Shown piece by piece: positions 60,789 to 64,000 of a stretch of 64,000 nt of DNA. Origin of the DNA: Promethearchaeota archaeon. GTDB taxonomy: Archaea > Asgardarchaeota > Lokiarchaeia > Sigyniarchaeales > SOKP01. The DNA lies in NCBI GenBank assembly GCA_048939995.1, contig JBHLOY010000004.1, forward strand, positions 219,483-283,482. The letters are read 5' to 3'. Below the pieces are notes generated by a model. That model was not told where the DNA came from. It searched no databases and saw only the letters and a list, made by a program, of their open reading frames with translations. Position 1 is the stretch's first letter. The number at the start of each line of letters is the position of its first letter. A program made the translations under genes and the position numbers.

Positions 60789-61487
60789 TTATACTTCATC
60801 AGGTTCCGGTTTTACTTTTAATGATTCAATGATATTAATGATATCTTCAGCTAATTCATACCTTTGGGCCCTATACTTATCTCGGTTTAAATGTTTTTCA
60901 ATCTTCAATGGTGTTCCAACTTTTACACGTATTCCAGAAGAACTTATCATATTAAATAGTTTTGTTTTTTCAGTGTATATTGCTAATGGAATAATTGGTG
61001 CCATTCCTGCAACAGCAAACTTAATAATACCTGCCATAGCTTTAACTTGTGTTTCACGATCCAATTTAGATTCCGGCGTCATAGCCACAAGATCTCCTAC
61101 TTCATTCAGGTAATGAAACACTTTATCAATCGGTTCAGTATCTTCTTTATCATAGGTACTTCTGAACATGCCAAGTGCTTTCAACACTGGTCCATAAAGC
61201 TGATGCTTCATTAGTTTATGATGTACCATAAAATGAATTCGTCTTCCAGATACTTGACTGATTATTGCCATATCTCTTAAGGCATTATCACTAATTGTTG
61301 TTAAAATAGCCTTATTTCTTAATGGAATGTTTTCTCTTCCATCAATTTTTAAGTCCGCAAAAAGCGCTAAACCTGCCCAGCTAAGCCCTTTTACTGAAGC
61401 ATAAAGCACATCGTTCATTAATTCCTTACTAAAAAGCTTATCTTTTCCTTTTGTTTCTGCTTCCGGCTCTTGAGTTGTTTCTGCCAT
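60789..61487 (-). CDS. PlsC/lysophospholipid acyltransferase-fold protein lacking the catalytic His
   Basis: GRENIP, RIHFM, MTPE, APIIPLAI and VKVGTP motifs; NHxxxxD replaced by ISDNALRD. Confidence 0.7.
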   Translation of the reverse strand: MAETTQEPEAETKGKDKLFSKELMNDVLYASVKGLSWAGLALFADLKIDGRENIPLRNKAILTTISDNALRDMAIISQVSGRRIHFMVHHKLMKHQLYGPVLKALGMFRSTYDKEDTEPIDKVFHYLNEVGDLVAMTPESKLDRETQVKAMAGIIKFAVAGMAPIIPLAIYTEKTKLFNMISSSGIRVKVGTPLKIEKHLNRDKYRAQRYELAEDIINIIESLKVKPEPDEV

Positions 61488-61510
61488 TTTTATCCTCTTT
61501 TTTTTAATTT

Positions 61511-61705
61511 TTATAATTTATCTATAAAATCATTAACCTCCTCCATTCGTCTTTCATAATAATCCTTCAATTCCTTCTCAGATACGAATGTTGGAATTAC
61601 TTTCTCTAAAAAAATATCAAATATTGTTGATAATTTAGTCTTATGGTGAAGAGTCTCAAGAAACTCCTCGCCTAATTCTTTTAAATTTTTAATAAATTCT
61701 GTCAA
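61511..61705 (-). CDS. Small hypothetical protein within the operon
   Basis: GGAGGT RBS before TTG; tight spacing to both neighbours. Confidence 0.6.
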   Translation of the reverse strand: MTEFIKNLKELGEEFLETLHHKTKLSTIFDIFLEKVIPTFVSEKELKDYYERRMEEVNDFIDKL

Positions 61706-61723
61706 ATTACCTCCTACACCTCC

Positions 61724-62749
61724 CTAAGTTAGGTTATCCCATTTACCGCATCTAGATCCCCATCTAGCGATTACTTGATTGCCATATTCTGGCATTTTGA
61801 CCTGTACTATTTCGCATTGATTGGGACAATCCCCGCAATTAAAAGCAGAGGTTTTAAACTCGATTTCTGCCACTTCCAAACCTCTAAAACTTGTTTCATG
61901 TTCATGCTCCAAATAATAATCCCTAACAAGTATCGCCATGCCTAATGCGCCCATGAGAACATTGTATTTTGGTACAATAATTTTAACCTTTAAATGACGT
62001 TCGAAAGCCTCTATCATTCCTTTGTTGTAGGAAACTCCTCCTTGGAACACAATTGGCTCTTCTAATTCTTTCGCTTTAGCTAAATTATTCAAATAATTAC
62101 GAACCAAGGAATCACATAACCCTGCAATTATATCTTCTTTACTATATCCAGCATTTTGTTTATGAATCATATCAGATTCAGCGAAAACTGTACACCTGCC
62201 TGCAATACTCAAAGGGTTTTTTGATCGAATTGCATAATCTCCAAAATCTTCAATGGGTATTCCAAGCCTTGTTGCTTGGTGGTCTAAAAATGAACCCGTT
62301 CCAGCGGCACATATTGAATTCATCGCAAAATCTACAATAATTCCATCTCTAAGGATGATAATCTTTGAATCTTGACCGCCTATCTCAAGAATAGTTCGTA
62401 CATCGGGATACATGGATTGTGCTGCAACAGCATGAGCGATAATTTCTGTCTTTGCAAGATCTCCTCCCACCACTGCCTTTGTTAGATATCTTGCTGAACC
62501 GGTCGTACCACAACAACGTATTGCATAATTTTTTAATTCAGGCTTTTCTTCAATCTTATTCCGTAACTCAGACATACCCACTTTAGCAGAATCAATAGGG
62601 GAACCTTCATTACGTAAAAAAACACTTGTTAAAACCTTTCCATCAGTATCCATTAATACAAATTTACAACTAACACTTCCAATATCAATACCTAAAAAAC
62701 AATCCTTCTTCTCTTTTTCTATTCTTACATCATCAGAAACTTCAACCAT
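61724..62749 (-). CDS. ATP-dependent acyl-CoA dehydratase activase (HgdC/BadFG; PlsA activation-domain-like)
   Basis: GIDIGSVS.K, TTGS.R, EIGGQDSK, MNSICAAGTGSF, RCTVFAESD, FQGG; C-terminal CGDCPNQC...GSRC. Confidence 0.92.
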   Translation of the reverse strand: MVEVSDDVRIEKEKKDCFLGIDIGSVSCKFVLMDTDGKVLTSVFLRNEGSPIDSAKVGMSELRNKIEEKPELKNYAIRCCGTTGSARYLTKAVVGGDLAKTEIIAHAVAAQSMYPDVRTILEIGGQDSKIIILRDGIIVDFAMNSICAAGTGSFLDHQATRLGIPIEDFGDYAIRSKNPLSIAGRCTVFAESDMIHKQNAGYSKEDIIAGLCDSLVRNYLNNLAKAKELEEPIVFQGGVSYNKGMIEAFERHLKVKIIVPKYNVLMGALGMAILVRDYYLEHEHETSFRGLEVAEIEFKTSAFNCGDCPNQCEIVQVKMPEYGNQVIARWGSRCGKWDNLT

Positions 62750-62761
62750 AGCATCACTTTA

Positions 62762-63949
62762 TCATTGACTTTGAATAATTTGATAACATTCTTTATAAAA
62801 ACTACTTCCATAATCATGATAAACATTTTCTAAATCTCGCTTCAAATAATCTCTCTTCTGGCTGAGTTTATGCTCACGACGAGCATACATGAGGTCTACA
62901 AATGCCTCTAACCTTGTTTTAAAGCCTTCCATCCCAGATTGCTCATCGAATGAAAAGTAAATGATAGGTAAGTCGTATACACTTTTTAACTTATTTGTTA
63001 TAATCGTTCTAGCAGTTACTTCTGGCATACAAGTAAATGGGTACTGGTGAACAAAACCATCGAAACCTGCACGGGCTCTATCAATGTATTCTCCAAGAAC
63101 CCACACACACTCACCTCCTATATCCATTGGAAGATAAGGTTTTGCTAAATACTCTAGCCACTTTCTGTGATAATTTAGATGGAACTTATGTACAACCCAG
63201 TCCCATAAACTCAAATTTTGATGGATTTCCACTTGCATTTCACCTAATTTGCGTCTAATATCAAGATTTACATAAGGTTCAAGAGAGATGTGGATTTCTC
63301 CCGATATAGCGACCTTTAAGGGGTCTCGAGTTTTATCAACATCAATTTGATTAAAATCTTCTTTAATAACATGTTTAAAATTTCTTAAACCTTTCAATGT
63401 ATTAGTTTCATCAAGCTTGATTAATAATTCTTTTACAATATTGGTAGTGTCTCCTTGGTTGCGTTCATACGCTCGAAAAAGACCTTCTGCTGTTTGTATA
63501 TCATTCAATAATTTTGCTTTTTTCAAAAAAAATATAACGGCTTTAATAAATTTTGAGTAAATAAAGGGATCTCTTCTCCCTGTTACCTCCTGAAGAGTTT
63601 TAACCCAATGAAACTCCAGAAGATCAGCCTGGTCTAGAGGAATCATGATAAAATCCTTGTAACCCATATCCCTTAATATTCGTTCTTGCACGCTTGCATA
63701 GAAACCAAATCGACATGGTCCGCAGTCAATAGCCATAACTAATACGTCTGCACCTTTATCTAGAGCATTCTTGAAGTCTCCGATTGTTGCTTTAAAGGGA
63801 AAACACACAAATTCAGGGCTATGTTTTACTCCGATTTTGACAGCTTCACGGTTGGTAGGATCAGGGAGAATTACCTCTAAATCTAATGATTCAAATAAAG
63901 TTTTGAATGCAACCCAATTTGGTCCCATATTAGGGAAGGAAATTAACAT
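62762..63949 (-). CDS. 2-hydroxyacyl-CoA dehydratase/reductase-like Fe-S subunit (PlsR/DUF2229-related)
   Basis: FPNMG, SPEFVCFPFK, GPCRFG.Y, GEI, PFTCMPE and DEQSG..G.KTRLEAFVD motifs. Confidence 0.82.
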   Translation of the reverse strand: MLISFPNMGPNWVAFKTLFESLDLEVILPDPTNREAVKIGVKHSPEFVCFPFKATIGDFKNALDKGADVLVMAIDCGPCRFGFYASVQERILRDMGYKDFIMIPLDQADLLEFHWVKTLQEVTGRRDPFIYSKFIKAVIFFLKKAKLLNDIQTAEGLFRAYERNQGDTTNIVKELLIKLDETNTLKGLRNFKHVIKEDFNQIDVDKTRDPLKVAISGEIHISLEPYVNLDIRRKLGEMQVEIHQNLSLWDWVVHKFHLNYHRKWLEYLAKPYLPMDIGGECVWVLGEYIDRARAGFDGFVHQYPFTCMPEVTARTIITNKLKSVYDLPIIYFSFDEQSGMEGFKTRLEAFVDLMYARREHKLSQKRDYLKRDLENVYHDYGSSFYKECYQIIQSQ

Positions 63950-63970
63950 TTTAATTCTAAGAAATTTTAC

Positions 63971-64000
63971 CTAGTCAAGTATTTGATCAAAACTATGAAA
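63971..64000 (-). CDS. 3' end of an upstream gene of the same operon (partial)
   Basis: Open frame ...FHSFDQILD-TAG ending 21 nt before the next start. Confidence 0.45.
   Translation of the reverse strand, partial: FHSFDQILD

Noticed and set aside
2596-63974. Many short antisense or alternate-frame ORFs in the track (e.g. 2596, 4747, 7611, 17094, 20928, 33257, 35790, 49932, 60829)
   Set aside because: They overlap well-supported genes, lack motifs and RBSs, and are shadow ORFs.
1-64000. tRNA, rRNA, CRISPR array, transposase or integrase
   Set aside because: No GC-rich cloverleaf or rRNA-like segment, no regularly spaced direct repeats, and no recombinase/transposase motifs seen by eye.

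Overview
An AT-rich archaeal chromosomal window, most likely from an Asgard archaeon (Lokiarchaeia-like). Evidence for this: Alba, the nurA-herA-mre11-rad50 operon, CDC48 with an HbYX tail, GGTGA/GGAGG ribosome-binding sites, longin-like and Ras-like domains, and many fatty-acid/lipid enzymes. I found about 57 CDSs and no tRNA, rRNA, CRISPR array or mobile element. The best candidate for an undescribed system is 14.8-24.8 kb. There an ArsR-like winged helix is fused to a degenerate HdrA plus MvhD and followed by a group 3 [NiFe]-hydrogenase small and large subunit pair; the large subunit has no C-terminal extension. All three genes lack a canonical start codon. A palindrome GATAA-N6-TTATC recurs in this operon's promoter and in the promoters of a divergent cluster (three paralogous unknown proteins, an MtdB-type methylene-H4MPT dehydrogenase and CDC48). 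Together these suggest an H2/redox-sensing transcription-factor complex and its regulon (inference). A second candidate at 60.8-64 kb is a split PlsA/PlsR (Ger)-like activase/reductase operon with a degenerate PlsC-like protein, hinting at bacterial-type ether-lipid or plasmalogen chemistry. The window also holds a corrinoid-dependent MttB/homocysteine methyltransferase module. All family assignments come from reading motifs by eye; no searches were run.
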